The position numbers and the translations under genes are program-made. Shown piece by piece: positions 10,001 through 20,555 of a DNA stretch of 64,000 bases. The stretch is from a bacterium (GTDB lineage: Bacteria > Hydrothermota > UBA3072 > JAPDKE01). The stretch covers positions 22,538 through 86,537 of the forward strand of contig JAPDKE010000003.1 in NCBI GenBank assembly GCA_029258725.1, in the 5' to 3' direction. The notes below the pieces were generated by a model. It did not search any database and had not been told where the DNA came from. It was given only the letters and a program-made list of their open reading frames with translations. Numbering within the stretch: position 1 is the first letter of the stretch; every line of letters begins with the position of its first letter.

Positions 10001-11878
10001 AAATGCCTTTACATCCTCTGTTAACTCATCAAATGCACCATCCTCTGCAACCAGTGGTATTCCATTTCCATACGCATCTATCGCATCAACGAAGTACTCT
10101 GCCTCTTCCAGGTTATTTTCATTGTCGGTTATCGTTGCCCGCAGGGTATCACCTGCATTTATGATGTTATCACCATCATCAAGGTCAAGGAAGGTAACCC
10201 GGGGACCGGAGTTATCAAGCACAAGGTCTATAGCAGATGAGGTGCTTCTTCCTGCAAAGTCAGTTGCGGTTACGGTTATGGTGTAGGTTCCGTTAGGAGT
10301 GGTATTTTCTGTAGAAATCATGTACTGGATGGTATAGGTGTTATCTCCGTTATCGGTCACTATCTCACTTCCGGTTACATACTGGTCATCAATGGTTGAG
10401 AAATCCGCCGTTATCGTGTATCCTGTATCATCAAGAGTTGCAACCAGAGTTATCCATTCACCGTTTTTATAGATGTTGTCTGGATCTGCACAGACAAGAG
10501 ATGTCCACACAGGAGCACTGTTGTCCACGTATATGGTGATGGTTTCTGAGGGAGTTTCAATATTTGGAGGGCTTGTTTTATCAAACGCTCTGGTGGTTAG
10601 AGTATGGGGTCCGTCAGAAAGGAGAGTGGTATTCAGTGTATAAGTCCATGTGAGATAGGTGCTGTCAGGATTTAATGTTACAAGTTGCCATGTTCCGGCA
10701 TCTATTTTTATCTGAACAGAATCAACACCGCTTCCCGGAGTCTGATCATATGCAATTCCACTCACCGTTATTGTTCCATATACCCTTTCCTCATCTTCCG
10801 GGTCCAGAATTCGGGAGACAGGTGGGGTGGTATCAAGATACACCGTGAACTGTTCTGACAGGGAGTTTCCGGTAGTATACACTGTATCGGTATAAGAACG
10901 ATCGTAGGCATCCACCACAATTGCAAGTTCTGTTCCTTCTGCATAGAAAGGAACGGTGAACCGGTATTCCCATGTGCGTGAGGTGTATGGACCGGACATC
11001 TGTGCTTTTCCGGTAGAGATAAGTGTCCAGGTGCTTGCTTCGTATATCTCCACATCCATTGAGTCCACACCTGCGAGTGCATCTGTTACGGTACCTTTAA
11101 GATAGGCATTCCTTCCAACCCATCCACCATGCCCGGGACTTTCCAGGGTTATAGAGGAGGGAGCCTCACTATCTTTTTTCACCCAGATATCGTGGGTATC
11201 GGAAAGCCCGGTGGTGTAATCGGGTTCGTAAAATCGGGAATTATCGTAGGCAATAGCCCTTATAAGATATGTGGTACCTTCTGCATCTCCAGCAGGGACA
11301 TCCCACTCATAGGAGAAGAGCTTATAGGTGGATGTGCCTGAAAGTGTAGCAGAGCCTGATTCTATAAGGGTGGTCCCTCCGCGGTAGATATAAATATCCA
11401 CGGCTGCAATACCTGCAAGGTTGTCCGTGGCTATACCGTAGATATTCTGCGTGTCATGCACAAATCCCGTATTGGGGAAGGTAATGGTGACAACAGGAGG
11501 CGTCTTATCAAGTATTATCTCCACCGTATCCGTATCTGTAGGAGCTCCTCCATCATCCACTCCATAGGCAAGAACAAAATAGTGTTCACCATCACTCAGA
11601 GAGGGAGCATTGGGGTCTTCCAGAATAGCATGCCATTGCTCTATCCAGTCATCAAACGCTCCATCATCCGAAATTCCACCTGTCCAGGGACCTGTCCACA
11701 GTGTTCTCTCAAGTCTCGCGTAGGCAGTATCCAGATCAGAAACCCCGGATGTCCAGGAGGTACATTCTACATACACACTTCCCGGGAAGAAAGAGTTATC
11801 GGAAGGCCAGTGAATCTGCGTCTCATTCTGGGCGAACACCACACAGCTCAGAAGAAGCAAAAACACAAACTTCCGCAT
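7010..11878 (-). CDS. giant (1,623-aa) secreted adhesin-like surface protein with tandem Ig-like domains and a T9SS C-terminal sorting domain
   Basis: The start was refined to MRKFVFLLLLSCVVFAQ (signal peptide) with a GGAGGTG ribosome-binding site. The protein is Thr/Asp/Gly/Tyr-rich with repeated domains. The last ~90 aa (NPLKLGDGTSLVFFAPSDGTITVRIYDLAGDLVAIL...GIYIYRI...GVIK) match the Por_Secre_tail/TIGR04183 pattern. Confidence 0.75.
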   Translation of the reverse strand: MRKFVFLLLLSCVVFAQNETQIHWPSDNSFFPGSVYVECTSWTSGVSDLDTAYARLERTLWTGPWTGGISDDGAFDDWIEQWHAILEDPNAPSLSDGEHYFVLAYGVDDGGAPTDTDTVEIILDKTPPVVTITFPNTGFVHDTQNIYGIATDNLAGIAAVDIYIYRGGTTLIESGSATLSGTSTYKLFSYEWDVPAGDAEGTTYLIRAIAYDNSRFYEPDYTTGLSDTHDIWVKKDSEAPSSITLESPGHGGWVGRNAYLKGTVTDALAGVDSMDVEIYEASTWTLISTGKAQMSGPYTSRTWEYRFTVPFYAEGTELAIVVDAYDRSYTDTVYTTGNSLSEQFTVYLDTTPPVSRILDPEDEERVYGTITVSGIAYDQTPGSGVDSVQIKIDAGTWQLVTLNPDSTYLTWTYTLNTTLLSDGPHTLTTRAFDKTSPPNIETPSETITIYVDNSAPVWTSLVCADPDNIYKNGEWITLVATLDDTGYTITADFSTIDDQYVTGSEIVTDNGDNTYTIQYMISTENTTPNGTYTITVTATDFAGRSTSSAIDLVLDNSGPRVTFLDLDDGDNIINAGDTLRATITDNENNLEEAEYFVDAIDAYGNGIPLVAEDGAFDELTEDVKAFLDISSLEDGYHKVYVHGKDTAGVWGPMSSLQFLVDRTPPVLSALEVVYPDAQSAVRDGQPVKVKVMVEDEYAGVDSVWGDFSALGAGVLRLEDPDGDHVYEVEFVVNAGGSGDFTFTVYAVDIVPNEDSVSGSVTVDNTLPVITSVEVLPDSILRDGENVLVRVVADASGYDVHVDFSQVDDRYISGSETVADSGSGVYRVSYTISEDNEVADGAYPLYVSVYDAVGNGAFDTVYVTLDNSGPVVDSLTLLVDYLHDYIINVNDTVYAEVSDDRGVVGAEFFVDNTGYDGDGISMTVAPYAGTSAVAKGYLDISSLTDGVHRIYVHALDTAGVWGAYRSFEFIVDREPPEFVNLEVVYPDGQYSVKDGDQVKIKVEVRDRTTRVDTVWVDATALGGIFALTDANGDNVYEVEIAVNTGGATGDVSFTVYASDPAPNTGSITGTVLVDNTAPVFISSTRPDNETGIYRNGDRITIITRWDGADYTIKADFSGIDANYVAGSEQVTNNGDSTYTIVYQISEDNNLPNSDSIVIPITATDDAGNTTTDYSYHVALNNMLPVTFVYPEVNTIYKGDVLLEVVAPEGTYEVEFMVYDTILHALGVDSIREDGFTWIWNTEDFEDRGDWKVLAFAYNRTGLLIGTDTITVGVDNTIPAFSLEIMPLPEKGDTLNGEIYRPDVIVKGWVHDNLSGVGTVKMKITNEDGELVNTGNYEVSGDTAFSFRITLEEGVNILTFEFQDKVENTTTHTCTLTYVVPEVTELVGPEGGTVELADGTRVEIPEGALNERVMITIKKVWDAPPVNGDIELIGTAHLFGPEGLVFRKPVTIVLPYTHLDLDKNQDGIPDLPEDSLVPFYYDGTRWLRVGDANIETEANRVMFTVNHFTLFDLGVDRRDLGAVASRDSMSYFFTRNPLKLGDGTSLVFFAPSDGTITVRIYDLAGDLVAILVKDMSISRGEHTIKWDGRSQTGRFLGSGIYIYRIDYTHGDITEVYRGTLGVIK
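7013..7291 (-). other. T9SS-type C-terminal sorting domain coding segment
   Basis: ORF residues 1543-1635; see the motif quoted above. Confidence 0.65.
8348..10525 (-). repeat. internal tandem domain repeats in the giant gene, (A-B)x2 + A
   Basis: A units begin VDNSAPVWTS, VDNTLPVITS and VDNTAPVFIS. B units begin LDNSGPRVTFLDLDDGD and LDNSGPVVDSLTLLVD, each followed by a conserved DISSL-DG-H-YVH--DTAGVWG...VDR-PP block. The repeat unit is about 310 aa. Confidence 0.6.
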
Positions 11879-12002
11879 GTACCACCTCCTTGTGAAAGGT
11901 GAGATGTGGGATAACACGTTTGCTTTAAATAGAATATGTGCAAAAAAAATGCCAGTTTATAACCTGTTGAAATACAATCGGTTTTATTATAAAACTATGA
12001 AA

Positions 12003-12030
12003 ATTTTACATAGATTTTTGCAGAATGCAA
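12003..12030 (-). promoter_or_regulatory. candidate sigma70-type promoter for the giant adhesin gene
   Basis: On the minus strand: TTGCAT, 16 nt spacer, TAAAAT, about 120 nt upstream of the start at 11878 in an AT-rich intergenic region. Confidence 0.3.
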
Positions 12031-12043
12031 CGCGTGAAATATT

Positions 12044-12742
12044 TTAACTTATAAGTCTTCTATACCACAAAAACCACGGGGTGTCCAGTATCCCTATTAT
12101 GTTCTTACTCACTATCTGCCCCAGGATAATGGGTAATACAGGCATTCTTCCGTAGAAGGCAAGAAATACAAATATTGCGCTATCAACGGTGAGGTCTATA
12201 ACGTCACTTGCAAGGCTTCTTATTAATGGGATGTTTTCAAATCTTTTCTTGAGATATGAAAATACATATGCATCAAGATTCTGGCATATGTAAAAAGAAA
12301 TCCAGCTTGCAAGTGTAATTCTTACGCTCAAGGAAAATATATCTCTCCATGCCGCTTCATACTGGAAAAAAGGAGCGGGCTTAAGGGTATTTGTCATAAC
12401 TATGAAAACCACCAGCAAAATCTGTGTGAGCAAGGCTATAAGTATTGCACCCTGGGCATGTCTTCTTCCATATGTTTCATTTATCATGTCTATTACCTGG
12501 GCTATAAAGGGATAGATAAAAACTGCGGATGGAGCAAAGAATTTGTAAAACCCGAGATCAAATGCCACTATTCTTGATGCAAGGACCTGAGAGGCTGCAA
12601 GATAAACCACATAAAACCCTGTAAGAACTGCAAAACCATAATCTCTGAATCTTTTAACCACCCATGCACTCATCCAGGTAACAAATGTAAGGGAAATAAT
12701 CCAGTAAACCCACACCCAGGGAAAATCAATCGGGACGCTCAC
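12044..12742 (-). CDS. yhhQ: queuosine precursor transporter (YhhQ/DUF165 family)
   Basis: 232-aa polytopic membrane protein with YhhQ-family conserved segments. Its start overlaps the queF stop by 17 nt. Confidence 0.7.
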   Translation of the reverse strand: MSVPIDFPWVWVYWIISLTFVTWMSAWVVKRFRDYGFAVLTGFYVVYLAASQVLASRIVAFDLGFYKFFAPSAVFIYPFIAQVIDMINETYGRRHAQGAILIALLTQILLVVFIVMTNTLKPAPFFQYEAAWRDIFSLSVRITLASWISFYICQNLDAYVFSYLKKRFENIPLIRSLASDVIDLTVDSAIFVFLAFYGRMPVLPIILGQIVSKNIIGILDTPWFLWYRRLIS

Positions 12743-13094
12743 CCTCCTCCCTCCTCACAACCGTTTCAATCCCTCCTCTTATATTTACTTTTAATTCCAC
12801 CATGAGGTATTTTGGAGAAAGAAGGTCCTTTAAATCCTCAAAAATAATGTTAAGCAGAGTTTCATGTATTACCCTCAAATTTCTGAATGCCTGAAGATAG
12901 AGTTTTAAACTTTTAAGTTCCACCAGTTTTTCATCGGGAACATAAACAATCTTTACCCTGTAAAAATCGGGTATTTCAGTGAATGGACACATGGACGTCA
13001 ATTCTGCACTTTCAAGCTCAACAACATAACTTCTCCTTGGAAACTCATTGGGAATGGTCTCAAGTATCCCTTTTACCTTTTCTCTCACATCCAT
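12726..13094 (-). CDS. queF: NADPH-dependent 7-cyano-7-deazaguanine (preQ0) reductase, unimodular type
   Basis: ELTSMCPFTEIPDFYRVKIVYVPDEKLVELKSLKLYLQAFRN closely matches B. subtilis QueF (EFTSLCP...IPDEKMVESKSLKLYLFSFRN). Confidence 0.85.
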   Translation of the reverse strand: MDVREKVKGILETIPNEFPRRSYVVELESAELTSMCPFTEIPDFYRVKIVYVPDEKLVELKSLKLYLQAFRNLRVIHETLLNIIFEDLKDLLSPKYLMVELKVNIRGGIETVVRREEGERPD

Positions 13095-13097
13095 GGC

Positions 13098-14168
13098 TTA
13101 CTTCCTTGTAAATTCAAGATAAAGAACATCAAAGAAGATTGCAAATAGAAGGAAGGCAAGCATGAAAAGTTTCTTATTTGGAAAAGATGGACTTTCCGGA
13201 ACTCGGGGAGGGTCAATAACCTCAATAAAGGTTCTCTCTTTATTCCTCTTTGTCTGGGCCTGATAATATTCCTTCATTAAAAAACCGTAAACCTCGTTCT
13301 TTATTTCCATTTCTGCAAGAAGACGTGAAAAAGTGATGTAAAGCCCGGGGACCTCCCTAAGGGAGGGGAAAATTATGTTTTTCTCTTTTTCAATCCCTCT
13401 TTTGACCAGCTCCTCCCATTGCTGGTACAAAAGTTCGGTTTCTTCTTTTAATTTCCTGGAGAGAGGGCTATCCTTTCCTGTTTTAAACCTTGTTACTCGA
13501 TACTCCAGCTCTTTTTTCACAATTTCTTCCCTGAGTTCCTCTGGAAGAAGTTCATAGAGTTTTTTTACTCCTGTTTCGTCAAGCCACACATTGTATGTTT
13601 TCAAAAACCGGGAGATTGAATCCTCCACAATCTTTATTTCTTTCTCCAGATCTTTCCTTGCCTTTTCTAAAAATGCAAGATAACTGGAGTAATAGGAAAA
13701 TCTCACCTCCCGATGGAATTCATCCAGAACATGCACAACCTCATTGCAGATTTCATATGCCTTTTGAGGATCCCTGTCCCTGTAAGTAAGAATAACCATA
13801 CCGTCTGGTTTCACCTTGACTTTTATCTTTTTCTTCAGCAATTCATACATTTCTTCTCTTTTTTCCTTGTGATAGTATTCCATAAGGTTGTGTCTGTCTA
13901 TTATCCGGTCAAGAACCCACCGTGTACTGACGATATTGGAAATATCGAGAACAGCAACAGCAGGCACTGCAGCCGGAGTGGTAAGAAGTGTGGCAAGGAG
14001 AGGATTTTGCTCCATTTCCACTCCCACTCTTACAAAAATCGCCTCCGCAGTGTATCTTTGCGGAAGAACCATACATAATATAAGACCCAGGGCTATAATC
14101 CCTGCGTCTATAATAAGGAGAATCTTAAAAAGGTTCTTCCTATCTTTGTTCATCGGTGCCTTTACCAT
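13098..14168 (-). CDS. Wzz/GumC-like polysaccharide chain-length determinant (PCP) protein
   Basis: N-terminal TM helix, long coiled-coil periplasmic region, C-terminal VIDPPRVPESPSFPNKKLFMLAFLL plus a second TM. This fits the Wzz/PCP layout. It ends 3 nt upstream of queF. Confidence 0.55.
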   Translation of the reverse strand: MVKAPMNKDRKNLFKILLIIDAGIIALGLILCMVLPQRYTAEAIFVRVGVEMEQNPLLATLLTTPAAVPAVAVLDISNIVSTRWVLDRIIDRHNLMEYYHKEKREEMYELLKKKIKVKVKPDGMVILTYRDRDPQKAYEICNEVVHVLDEFHREVRFSYYSSYLAFLEKARKDLEKEIKIVEDSISRFLKTYNVWLDETGVKKLYELLPEELREEIVKKELEYRVTRFKTGKDSPLSRKLKEETELLYQQWEELVKRGIEKEKNIIFPSLREVPGLYITFSRLLAEMEIKNEVYGFLMKEYYQAQTKRNKERTFIEVIDPPRVPESPSFPNKKLFMLAFLLFAIFFDVLYLEFTRK

Positions 14169-14292
14169 ATCTTATTTATCCCCAATTGTCAACCCCTGAC
14201 ATTTATGGAGTTATAAGAATTCTGTATTAAAAGATGCCATTTCTCCAGCACTTTTTTCTGTTTTACAACTTCAGGAATTGCAATGGAGAGTT

Positions 14293-15111
14293 TCATATCC
14301 TTACCTCAAACGAAATATCAAGAGAGGGAGCCGAATGTGTTATTTTTCCAACGGAGATGTAATCTATACCCGTCTTTGCTATTTCCTTTACACTCTCAAG
14401 ATTCACACCACCCGAGACTTCCAGTTTTGCCTTCCCCTTTGCTATTTCAACCGCCTTTTTTATCTCCTCAAGGATAAAATTGTCAAGCATTATCCATGTT
14501 GCCCCTGCATCAAGGGCTTCCTTTAATTCCTCCAGGTTCTCCACCTCAATCTCTCCCTTTATTCGTGAGAGTGCCTCCTTTACCCCTCCCGCTATTCTCT
14601 TGTGATTGTCCTTTATGAGAACCGCATCATAAAGACCAAACCTGTGATTCTCTCCCCCACCACATCTCACAGCATATTTCTCAAGATATCTCAACAAGGG
14701 TGTTGTCTTTCTGGTATCAAGGATTTTCACTCCCGTCCCCTCAACCGCATCAACAAATTTCCGGGTGAGTGTTGCAATTCCGGAAAGACGCTGTAAGAAA
14801 TTCAGCGCAACCCTTTCTCCGGTTAAAAGCGCTCTTGCATTACCCAGAACCTCTGCAATAATCTCTCTTTTTTTTATTCTCTCACCATCCTTTTTCAGTA
14901 TCCTGTATTCCACCCCCGGGTCAAGCAGTTCAAAAACCCATCCAGGAATTTCAATTCCTGAAAGCACTCCCTCCTCCTTCACCACAAACTCTCCTTTCAC
15001 TTTCAAATCCTCAGGGACTATTGCAAGGGTTGTTATATCCCCACTTCCAACATCCTCCTCAAGTGCCTTTTTTAGAAGAGGCAAGACCCTTTCTTTCTCT
15101 AACCTGTTCAT
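14293..15111 (-). CDS. nadC: nicotinate-nucleotide pyrophosphorylase (quinolinate phosphoribosyltransferase)
   Basis: 272 aa; N-terminus [17 protein letters not shown] and overall NadC-like sequence. Confidence 0.85.
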   Translation of the reverse strand: MNRLEKERVLPLLKKALEEDVGSGDITTLAIVPEDLKVKGEFVVKEEGVLSGIEIPGWVFELLDPGVEYRILKKDGERIKKREIIAEVLGNARALLTGERVALNFLQRLSGIATLTRKFVDAVEGTGVKILDTRKTTPLLRYLEKYAVRCGGGENHRFGLYDAVLIKDNHKRIAGGVKEALSRIKGEIEVENLEELKEALDAGATWIMLDNFILEEIKKAVEIAKGKAKLEVSGGVNLESVKEIAKTGIDYISVGKITHSAPSLDISFEVRI

Positions 15112-17074
15112 TCATTATCCTCCTTATGAGGTCCCTTATCCTTGCTGCCTTTTCAAACTCCATTGCATCCGCATACTTCCTCATGAGTCTGGTAAGTTCC
15201 TCCACACGCTCAAGACGCTCAATTTCGGAATGAATCTCTATCTCTTCCTCCTCTATTTTCTCCTTCTCATCCGCAACCGCAGTGGTTTTCAATATCTCCT
15301 CCCTTGACTTCTTTATGGTCTGAGGTGTTATCCCGTGCTTTCTGTTATACTCCTCCTGAATCTTTCTTCTTCTTTCAGTCTCTTTTATTGCCTTCTCCAT
15401 AGCCTCTGTTATCCGGTCCGCGTAGAGAATTACCTTTCCGTTTATATTCCTTGCCGCCCTTCCTGCAATCTGAATAAGCGAACGCTCCGAACGGAGGAAG
15501 CCCTCCTTATCCGCATCAAGTATTGCAACAAGGGAAACCTCGGGAAGGTCAAGCCCCTCCCTGAGGAGGTTTATCCCCACAAGAACATCAAAATCCCCAA
15601 GCCTCAATCCCCTCAGAATATCAACCCTGTCAAGTGCCTCTATTTCTGAATGCAAATATCTTACCCTTATTCCAATGGAGAGAAGATAATCCGCAAGGTC
15701 CTCCGCCATTCTCTTTGTAAGAGTCGTAACAAGAACCCTCTCCCTTTTCTCAACCCTTTTCCTTATCTCATTAACCAGGTCATCTATCTGGTTTTCAGTT
15801 GGTTTAACGACAATCTCAGGGTCAAGCAGCCCTGTTGGTCTCACTATCTGCTCCACCACCTCACCACCTGACTGCTCAATCTCCCAGTCTCCAGGGGTTG
15901 CAGAAACAAATATACATCTTGGAACAAGCCTTAAAAATTCCTCAAATTTTAAGGGTCTGTTGTCAAGTGCGGATGGCAGTCTGAACCCGTATTCAACAAG
16001 GGTTTCCTTTCTGGAACGGTCCCCATGGTACATTCCCCTCAACTGGGGAATTGTTACATGGGACTCGTCTATTATCACAAGGAAATCCTCAGGAAAGTAA
16101 TCGAGCAGACACCAGGGTCTCTCTCCAGGTCTTCTCCCTGATAAATGCCTCGAATAGTTCTCTATCCCCGGGCAGTATCCAACCTCCTTCAAGAGTTCAA
16201 GGTCATATCTCGTTCTTGTCTCAAGCCTCTGTGCCTCAAGTTCCTTTCCCATCCTTCTCAATTCAAGAACCCTCTGGGCAAGTTCCTTTTCTATCTCCTT
16301 TATTGCCCTCTTCAGTCTTTCCTCAGGAATAACAAAGTGCTTTGCCGGATAGAAAACCGCCTTTTTCTTCCTTGTAAGTTTTTTTCCGGTAACTGCATCA
16401 AACTCCCATATTCCCTCAACCTCATCCCCGAAGAACTCAATCCTCACGGGTCTTGCGGAGTATGGAGGGAAGACATCAATCACCTCCCCCCTCACCCTGA
16501 AGACACCTGGCTTGAATTCAACATCGTTTCTCTGATACTGGATTGATACAAGCTGACGCATGAATGCTGTTCTCTCAACCTCCTCACCCTCCTCTATTTT
16601 GACAAGCAGAGAGAGGAAGTCCTCAGGGGAACCTAAGGCATAAATACAGGAAACAGATGCAACCACCACAACATCCTCTCTTTCCATGAGTGCAGTTGCA
16701 GCCCTCAACCTCAGTCTTTCAATATCCTCATTTATGGTGGCATCCTTTTCTATGTATGTGTCCGTTTCCGGAATGTATGCCTCAGGCTGGTAATAGTCAT
16801 AGTAAGAAATGAAGTATTCAACAGCATTTTCCGGGAAGAATGCCCTGAGTTCCCCGTAAAGCTGGGCTGCAAGGGTCTTGTTGTGGGATATGACAAGGAC
16901 TGGAAGTCCAACTCTTTCTATAACATTTGCAACGGTAAATGTCTTTCCGCTCCCGGTAACCCCAAGGAGGGTCTGGAATTTTTTCCCTTCCTTAATTCCC
17001 CTCACAAGTTCCTCAATTGCCTTTGGCTGGTCTCCCGTGGGTTTATAAGGTGCAATGAGTTTGAAGCGTGCCAT
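15059..17074 (-). CDS. uvrB: excinuclease ABC subunit B
   Basis: The N-terminus [20 protein letters not shown]...[10 protein letters not shown], the helicase motifs and the C-terminal UVR motif are all recognised. Confidence 0.95.
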   Translation of the reverse strand: MARFKLIAPYKPTGDQPKAIEELVRGIKEGKKFQTLLGVTGSGKTFTVANVIERVGLPVLVISHNKTLAAQLYGELRAFFPENAVEYFISYYDYYQPEAYIPETDTYIEKDATINEDIERLRLRAATALMEREDVVVVASVSCIYALGSPEDFLSLLVKIEEGEEVERTAFMRQLVSIQYQRNDVEFKPGVFRVRGEVIDVFPPYSARPVRIEFFGDEVEGIWEFDAVTGKKLTRKKKAVFYPAKHFVIPEERLKRAIKEIEKELAQRVLELRRMGKELEAQRLETRTRYDLELLKEVGYCPGIENYSRHLSGRRPGERPWCLLDYFPEDFLVIIDESHVTIPQLRGMYHGDRSRKETLVEYGFRLPSALDNRPLKFEEFLRLVPRCIFVSATPGDWEIEQSGGEVVEQIVRPTGLLDPEIVVKPTENQIDDLVNEIRKRVEKRERVLVTTLTKRMAEDLADYLLSIGIRVRYLHSEIEALDRVDILRGLRLGDFDVLVGINLLREGLDLPEVSLVAILDADKEGFLRSERSLIQIAGRAARNINGKVILYADRITEAMEKAIKETERRRKIQEEYNRKHGITPQTIKKSREEILKTTAVADEKEKIEEEEIEIHSEIERLERVEELTRLMRKYADAMEFEKAARIRDLIRRIMNEQVRERKGLASSKKGT

Positions 17075-17076
17075 TT

Positions 17077-18120
17077 TTAAAAGGAATATATGAATTTGAG
17101 ATAGGTGTGATAGTGAACATGCTGGATTTTATCCGGATTCGGTCTCAGTCCCTCAACAAGTTCAAAGTATCCTCCACCCCGCATCCTGAATCTTATTCCC
17201 ACAAGGAACCTGGTTCTGACATCTCCATAGATATCAGGTTTTTCCTCTCCATTAACCCACCTTCTTCTCCATGTGCGCTGGAATCCATAGAAGAAGATTC
17301 TCCATGTCCCGTATATTGAAACCCCATGATGGAGCCTTTTGTAGGAGGTCGTATCCTCCGATATCTTCCTTTCCCATCCATACTCCACTCTTATCCTGTG
17401 GTCCTTTATCTTAAAAAAGAGATAGGGAACGATGAAGCACTCAGAAACATAAAATTTATCCCCCTTCCATAAATATCCATAGAAAAAACAGCCAGCGAAG
17501 GGGAGTTCAATTCCTGCCTCTCCCCTGAAATAACTTTCCCTGTAATATGTATTGCCCATCCGGTACTGCATTTCTGGAATCCAGTCCCCTTCAGAAAAGG
17601 CACGGATAAACCCATGGGGAATTAAAGTCCTAATGTGTATTCCAACTGGCATCGGGCTGTAGTATCTCATTGAGTCCCTGTCACGTTCCGGTGTCCGGTC
17701 GTATGCAAAATTGTGAAATATGTGGGGAATACCGACTCTTACCTCAACCTGCCGGTTCCTCCATCCCACTCCAAGTTCGTCCTTTCTTTTCAGATAGGAA
17801 GCAGTGGTGTATATGAAAAACCGGCTTTTCTCAAGAGAGAAGAGCAAATAGTTCACGGTATCCTGGTAATTCCGGTAATCACGCATTCTCCATTCAAGAA
17901 AGACATTCTTCCATACCTCTGTTTTCCCCCTTATTCCAAAATCGTGATACCACTTGTAAAGGTCAAGGCATCCTGCAGTGTATCTTATTCCATGGATACC
18001 GGAATAATAAAGAGACTCCTCCTGCATCCTGGGAAATGCAAGGAGCATATCCATCATCCATATACAGCAACTGTCCTCAGGTGCGTGGTATGAAATGAAG
18101 CCCGAAAGCAGGAATATCAT
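17077..18120 (-). CDS. hypothetical aromatic-rich protein, possible outer-membrane beta-barrel
   Basis: 347 aa, very Tyr/Trp/Arg/Phe-rich with alternating hydrophobic pattern and a C-terminal ...YSF (terminal Phe). It is sandwiched between clpC and uvrB with 3-4 nt junctions. Confidence 0.35.
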   Translation of the reverse strand: MIFLLSGFISYHAPEDSCCIWMMDMLLAFPRMQEESLYYSGIHGIRYTAGCLDLYKWYHDFGIRGKTEVWKNVFLEWRMRDYRNYQDTVNYLLFSLEKSRFFIYTTASYLKRKDELGVGWRNRQVEVRVGIPHIFHNFAYDRTPERDRDSMRYYSPMPVGIHIRTLIPHGFIRAFSEGDWIPEMQYRMGNTYYRESYFRGEAGIELPFAGCFFYGYLWKGDKFYVSECFIVPYLFFKIKDHRIRVEYGWERKISEDTTSYKRLHHGVSIYGTWRIFFYGFQRTWRRRWVNGEEKPDIYGDVRTRFLVGIRFRMRGGGYFELVEGLRPNPDKIQHVHYHTYLKFIYSF

Positions 18121-20555
18121 TCAACCGCAACCGGTTCCTTCACTGTGAATACAAGTTCGTCGTCTCCCCTCTCAACAACAATGGTGGACCCCTCTTTTAT
18201 TCCTCCCTCAAGCAGTCTTTCTGCAAGGGGGTCTTCAAGATAGCGCTGGATGGTCCTCCTCAGGGGTCTTGCTCCATAATCCGGATTGTATCCCTTTTCC
18301 ATCAGGAATTCCTTTGCCTCAAGCGTGAGGACTATATCAAGTCCCTTCTCCTTAACCCTCTCCCTCACATCCCCAAACAGTATGTCTATTATCTGCATTA
18401 TCTCCTTTCTTCCGAGAGGTCTGAAGACTATTATCTCATCTATACGGTTGAGAAACTCTGGATTGAATGTCCTTTTTACCTCCTCCAGCAATTTCTCTTT
18501 CATTCTCTCGTAGTCTATTTCCTCCTCGGTTGCATGAAATCCAAGGGTCCTGCCCTTTATTATCTCCCTTGTTCCTATATTTGAGGTCATTATTATCACG
18601 GTATTCTTGAAATTCACCTTCCTTCCAAATGCATCGGTGAGCTGTCCATCCTCAAGAATCTGGAGGAGTATGTTGAACACATCAGGATGAGCCTTTTCTA
18701 TCTCATCAAAGAGAACAACAGAATACGGTCTTCTCCTCACCTTCTCCGTCAGCTGTCCTCCCTCCTCATATCCCACATATCCAGGAGGTGCTCCTATGAG
18801 TCTTGAAACATTGAATTTCTCCATGTACTCACTCATGTCTATCCTTATGAGTGCGCTTTCGGAATCGAAGAGAAACTCTGCAAGCCTTCTCGCGAGTTCT
18901 GTCTTTCCAACCCCGGTTGGCCCCAGGAATATAAAGGAGCCAATGGGGCGCCTCGGGTCCTTGAGACCCGTTCTCGACCTTCTTATTGCCTTTGATATTG
19001 CAATTATTGCCTCATCCTGTCCAACAATGCGCTTTTTCAATTCCTCTTCCATCTTCAGGAGTTTTGTCTGCTCCTTCTCTTCAAGTTTTGCAATGGGAAT
19101 TCCGGTCCACATGGATATTACCTTTCTTATATCCTCCTCCGTAACTATTCCCACCATCTCTTCCTTTTTCTTCCTCCACTCTCTTTTTCTCGCCTCTATC
19201 TTTCTCTGTATCTCATTCCTTCTATCCCTCAATTCCGCTGCCTTTTCATAATCCTGTTCCTTTATTGCCTCGTCCATCTCTTTCCTTATTTTTTCAAGCT
19301 CCTTTTCATACTCCTCAAGGTCGGGTGGAGGGGGAGATTTCATGAGTTTAACCCTCGCACCTGCCTCATCTATCACATCTATTGCCTTGTCAGGAAGGTG
19401 TCTTTCCGTTATGTATCTGTCGGCAAGAGTGGCTGCCGCCAGGAGTGCCTCATCGGTATATTTAACCCTGTGATGTTCCTCATATTTCTCCCTCAGTCCC
19501 TTGAGAATGTCTATGGTTTCTTTAACCGTGGGTGGGTCAACGATTATTATCTGGAATCTTCTCTCAAGCGCACCGTCCTTTTCTATGTATTTTCTGTATT
19601 CCTCCATGGTGGTTGCACCTATGCACTGAATCTCTCCCCTTGCAAGTGCTGGCTTCAGTATGTTTGATGCATCTATGGCTCCCTCCGCCGCTCCTGCCCC
19701 AACTATTGTGTGAAGTTCGTCTATGAAGAGAATTACATCCTGAGAGTTTTTTATCTCATTGAGGATTGCCTTAAGTCTCTCCTCAAACTGTCCCCTGTAT
19801 TTGGTCCCTGCAACAACCGCGGCAAGGTCAAGGGAAAGAACCCTTTTGTTTAAAAGAAGATCGGGAACCTTACCCTCAACTATACGCTGGGCAAGCCCCT
19901 CGACGATTGCGGTCTTTCCAACCCCTGGTTCTCCTATGAGCACAGGATTGTTTTTCTTCCTTCTTGAAAGAATCTGTATAACCCTCTCTATCTCCCTGTC
20001 CCTTCCTATTATCGGGTCAAGCTTGCCATCCCTTGCAAGCTGTGTGAGGTCCCTGCAGTAAAAGTCAAGTGCAGGGGTCTTTGATTTTTTCGGATGCTTT
20101 CTTGTTCTCGGTTTCATTCCGGACATAAGATTTTCAACCTCCTGTCTCACCAGATCCACATCAAGTCCAAAATTCTGGAGAATTTGAGATGCAAGGGATT
20201 CGCTCTCCCTCAAAAGACCGAGCAGCAAATGCTCTGTTCCTATATAAGGAGTATTCATCTGGGTTGCTTCCTCAAGCGCATATTTCAGAACATTGTGTGC
20301 CTGCTCATCAAGGGGAATCTCACCTGATACAACCGTGCCCTCCCCCTCCCCTATGTTTTCCTCCACGATCTCCGCCATTTCCTTTATGTCAATTCCCAGA
20401 CCCTTCATCACCTTTATTGCAATTCCCTCTCCAAGTTTTAGCATTGCAAGCAACAGATGCTCGGGACCTATGTGGTCGTGGTGAAACCTGTGGGCAAGCT
20501 CCCTTGCCTTGTAAAGGATTTTCTGAACCCTTTCTGTATAGTGACTATCCATCAT
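18117..20555 (-). CDS. clpC: ATP-dependent Clp protease ATP-binding subunit ClpC
   Basis: Start refined to [14 protein letters not shown] with a GGGAGG ribosome-binding site. It has a Clp N-domain repeat, two AAA+ modules and the middle UVR motif (...[17 protein letters not shown]...). Confidence 0.9.
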   Translation of the reverse strand: MMDSHYTERVQKILYKARELAHRFHHDHIGPEHLLLAMLKLGEGIAIKVMKGLGIDIKEMAEIVEENIGEGEGTVVSGEIPLDEQAHNVLKYALEEATQMNTPYIGTEHLLLGLLRESESLASQILQNFGLDVDLVRQEVENLMSGMKPRTRKHPKKSKTPALDFYCRDLTQLARDGKLDPIIGRDREIERVIQILSRRKKNNPVLIGEPGVGKTAIVEGLAQRIVEGKVPDLLLNKRVLSLDLAAVVAGTKYRGQFEERLKAILNEIKNSQDVILFIDELHTIVGAGAAEGAIDASNILKPALARGEIQCIGATTMEEYRKYIEKDGALERRFQIIIVDPPTVKETIDILKGLREKYEEHHRVKYTDEALLAAATLADRYITERHLPDKAIDVIDEAGARVKLMKSPPPPDLEEYEKELEKIRKEMDEAIKEQDYEKAAELRDRRNEIQRKIEARKREWRKKKEEMVGIVTEEDIRKVISMWTGIPIAKLEEKEQTKLLKMEEELKKRIVGQDEAIIAISKAIRRSRTGLKDPRRPIGSFIFLGPTGVGKTELARRLAEFLFDSESALIRIDMSEYMEKFNVSRLIGAPPGYVGYEEGGQLTEKVRRRPYSVVLFDEIEKAHPDVFNILLQILEDGQLTDAFGRKVNFKNTVIIMTSNIGTREIIKGRTLGFHATEEEIDYERMKEKLLEEVKRTFNPEFLNRIDEIIVFRPLGRKEIMQIIDILFGDVRERVKEKGLDIVLTLEAKEFLMEKGYNPDYGARPLRRTIQRYLEDPLAERLLEGGIKEGSTIVVERGDDELVFTVKEPVAVE

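Noticed and set aside
7364-11902. many 60-190-aa plus-strand ORFs inside the giant adhesin gene (e.g. 7364..7942, 9023..9496, 11456..11902)
   Set aside because: All are antisense to a well-supported 1,623-aa CDS and have biased composition from its Thr/Asp/Gly codons.
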